From assembly GCA_965213725.1 (NCBI GenBank), contig OZ243924.1:303544-367543 (forward strand): a stretch of DNA of 64,000 nt. The letters are read 5' to 3'. Position numbers and translations under genes: made by a program. Positions within the stretch are counted from its first letter, which is position 1, and each line of letters begins with the position of its first letter. Shown here piece by piece: positions 61,871 to 64,000 of the stretch. The DNA is from Dehalococcoidia bacterium. Lineage in GTDB: Bacteria > Chloroflexota > Dehalococcoidia > Lucifugimonadales > UBA3495. The notes below the pieces were generated by a model. It ran no database searches, had not been told where the DNA came from, and saw only the letters and a program-made list of their open reading frames with translations.

Positions 61871-64000
61871 CTAAGCCTCCGCCGCGCGCAGGGCCGCCGC
61901 GTCTAGGCCGTAGTCGTCCGGCTCTCGGCCCTGCATGGCGGCCAACACCCTCTCCGGGCTTAGGGGCAGAGTGCGTATGCGAACTCCAACGGCGTCGTAG
62001 ATGGCGTTGGCGATGGCCGCGGGCGGGCCGAACCCCGGCGGTTCGGCCACGGCGCGGAGCCCGAAAGGCCCATCCTCGCTGGGCACCTCCACCAGCACAT
62101 TCTCGATTTCCGGCATATCTATGGCTAGGGGCATCAGGTAGGCTGCCAGCGATGCGTTGCGAACCTGACCGGTGTCGGAGTCTATCTGTATTTCTTCGCT
62201 CAGCGCCCGTCCTATGCCCTGCACCGCGCCGCCTTCGAGCTGCCCCGCCACGCCCATCGGGTTCACTGCAAGCCCCACGTCCTGGGCCTGCACGAACCGG
62301 GTCACCTTCACCTGCCCGGTCTCGCGGTCAACTACGACCTCAGCGCCTTGGGCGTTGAACACCGGATTGTAGGGCATACTGGACAGTGACGCCGCGCCAA
62401 TTATGGGGCCGCCCCGTGAAGACAAGCTCATCCTCGCCAATTGACCCAGCCCGATGGACTGCTGCGGGTTGTCCATTACGTAGACCGCGCCGCCCTCGCA
62501 TCCCAGGGCATCGGCCTGCACCCCCAATCTGTCGGCGGCCAGCCCCAGCAGCTTGTCCCGCGCGTCCTCGGCGGCCATCTGCACTGCTTTGCCTTGGCTG
62601 TACACGATGCGGCTGCCCCCGCTGGGGCCGGTAAACGGAGCCAGGTCGGTGTCCCGCTTGGCGACGATCACCTGCTCCATTTCCAAGCCCAGCACCTCGG
62701 CGGCGATTTGCGCCAGCGAGGTATCGCTGCCCGAGATGTCCACCGAGCCGGTCAGCAGGCCCACCGTGCTATCCTCGTTGACGCTGATGGCGGCGGTGGA
62801 GGGGCCGCTGCCGCTGCGCCACTCGCCGACGGCAAGGCCCACGCCGCGCGCCAGCCTTCCATCCGTTCCGCCGGATTCCGCCCCGGCCCGTGGCAGGCCC
62901 ATCTTCTCTTCCAGCGCCGCCATGACCTCGGCGAGGCCGTGGCGGGGAATTCGCGCCCCGCTGACGCTTATATCCCCTTCCCTCAGCGCGTTCTTCTTTC
63001 GGAACTCCAAGGGGGCAATGCCCAGCTTGTGGGCGATGACGTCCATGTGCGACTCTACGGCGAAGGTCATGTCGGCCACGCCGGAGGCTCGGTAGGAACC
63101 GACGTACACCTTGTTGGTGTACACGCCATACGAACGCAGCCGGAAGTTGGGGATGTCGTAGGCGCCCAATCCATGTCCGACGCCCGAGTTAGGCCCCGCC
63201 CCTAGGTACGCCCCCACGTCGAACACGCTGCGGGCCTCCCGCGCAGTGATGCGTCCGTCGCCGGTCACTGCGGTCTTGAGGTAGATGTTGGTTTCCAAGC
63301 GCGGGCCGTTGAGGGTGAAGGTTTCCTCGCGGGTGTTGACCAGCTTGACCGGACGGTGCGTCTTCATTGCCAGCAGCGCGGGGAAGGCTTCCAGCGCCAG
63401 CCGCAGCTTGGCCCCAAACCCTCCGCCCAGCTCCATGGCGATGATCTTGATGTTGCCGATGGGCATATCCAGCACCGAGGCCAGTTGCTGCCGCACCTGA
63501 TACGGCCCCTGCGTCGAGGCCCAGACCGTGAGCCTTCCGTTGGCTTCCAGGTTGGCGACACAGGCCATTGGCTCCAGGAACCCCTGATTGATGGGCTGTG
63601 TGTGGTAAGTCTCTTCGATGACGTGATCCGCCGCTGCGAAAGCCTTATCCACGTCACCCCGGTCGGCGTCCAGCATGGTGCAGTTGTTGCCGCCCAGAGC
63701 GAAACCGTACCCCTCGAAGTCCTCCAGGTCATCGTGAACAATAGCCGTGTCCCTCGTCAGGGCCGCCACTGGATCAACTACTCGCTCCAGGTCTTCGTAT
63801 TCCACGCGGATCAGAGACAGCGCTTCCACTGCCGTTATTTCGTCGTCGGCGGCCACCGCGGCCACCGGCTCGCCGACGTAAAACACCTCGTCCCGGGCCA
63901 TTACCCGACGGTCCCGGAGCGCGCCGGAGCCGAAGAAGACATCAGGAAAGTCCTTGCCGGTGATAACGCCCCGCACGCCGGGCAATGCCTCGACCTCACT
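61871..64000 (-). CDS. xanthine-dehydrogenase-family molybdopterin-binding large subunit; N-terminus outside window
   Basis: More than 704 aa. The frame stays open to the window edge (…EVEALPGVRGVITGKD). The aldehyde-oxidase/XDH a/b-hammerhead and MoCo-binding blocks are present (GGGFG in ELGGGFGAKL, ...GQLEGGAVQGIG...). Confidence 0.85.
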   Translation of the reverse strand, partial: SEVEALPGVRGVITGKDFPDVFFGSGALRDRRVMARDEVFYVGEPVAAVAADDEITAVEALSLIRVEYEDLERVVDPVAALTRDTAIVHDDLEDFEGYGFALGGNNCTMLDADRGDVDKAFAAADHVIEETYHTQPINQGFLEPMACVANLEANGRLTVWASTQGPYQVRQQLASVLDMPIGNIKIIAMELGGGFGAKLRLALEAFPALLAMKTHRPVKLVNTREETFTLNGPRLETNIYLKTAVTGDGRITAREARSVFDVGAYLGAGPNSGVGHGLGAYDIPNFRLRSYGVYTNKVYVGSYRASGVADMTFAVESHMDVIAHKLGIAPLEFRKKNALREGDISVSGARIPRHGLAEVMAALEEKMGLPRAGAESGGTDGRLARGVGLAVGEWRSGSGPSTAAISVNEDSTVGLLTGSVDISGSDTSLAQIAAEVLGLEMEQVIVAKRDTDLAPFTGPSGGSRIVYSQGKAVQMAAEDARDKLLGLAADRLGVQADALGCEGGAVYVMDNPQQSIGLGQLARMSLSSRGGPIIGAASLSSMPYNPVFNAQGAEVVVDRETGQVKVTRFVQAQDVGLAVNPMGVAGQLEGGAVQGIGRALSEEIQIDSDTGQVRNASLAAYLMPLAIDMPEIENVLVEVPSEDGPFGLRAVAEPPGFGPPAAIANAIYDAVGVRIRTLPLSPERVLAAMQGREPDDYGLDAAALRAAEA

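Noticed and set aside
1-64000. Searched by eye for transposases, integrases, phage genes, rRNA and toxin-antitoxin pairs that might delimit islands around the low-GC patches.
   Set aside because: No ORF shows DDE, tyrosine/serine-recombinase or phage structural motifs. The low-GC modules therefore have no identifiable mobility genes within this window.

Overview
High-GC bacterial chromosomal segment. Hand counts of single 60-nt lines mostly give 60-75 % GC. Genes are densely packed on both strands: about 56 protein genes, one tRNA-Gln and two gene remnants. I found no rRNA, CRISPR array, transposase or integrase. The taxon cannot be fixed from the sequence alone; the gene content would fit Chloroflexota or Actinomycetota.

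Gene content, left to right:
- An inositol-lipid cassette (ino1, a GT4 glycosyltransferase, a CDP-alcohol phosphatidyltransferase).
- A thioredoxin-fold protein, ribH and an F420/LLM oxidoreductase.
- A MoxR-DUF58-DUF4129 operon and an NDP-sugar pyrophosphorylase.
- AIM24, a PuuE-like deacetylase, tRNA-Gln(UUG) and a CN-hydrolase.
- ruvX and alaS, a small SWIM protein and an NAD-dependent formate dehydrogenase.
- Two alpha/beta hydrolases and a beta-ureidopropionase-like CN-hydrolase.
- A decayed membrane-glycosyltransferase remnant.
- A four-gene operon: unknown 370-aa protein, candidate UxxC selenoprotein, SDR, SnoaL.
- An MFS transporter.
- A catabolic block: haloacetate-dehalogenase-family hydrolase, amidohydrolases, a sugar-phosphate isomerase, a Mo-oxidoreductase and tandem GMC oxidoreductases.
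- An AddB/AddA-type helicase-nuclease pair.
- A low-GC ATPase plus Toprim-like two-gene module.
- An ABC-2 exporter, a K+ channel and NupC.
- A four-gene ABC system with two ~1140-aa FtsX-type permeases.
- An amidohydrolase stub, a class-III aminotransferase and a split TPP decarboxylase.
- An M20 peptidase, an MBL hydrolase and a partial xanthine-dehydrogenase-family subunit.

The two most interesting signals:
1. An in-frame TGA at 23694-23696 joins two same-frame coding halves into a 185-aa protein with a D-U-G-G-C (UxxC) motif. A hairpin follows the TGA. An uncharacterised 370-aa gene lies immediately upstream.
2. A compositionally foreign, translationally coupled ABC-type AAA ATPase plus small Toprim-like protein sits at 41989-43751. 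It resembles a split OLD-family nuclease of the PARIS or AbiL type and is wedged 2 nt from the addA stop codon.

All functional calls rest on motif recognition from memory. No database search was run.
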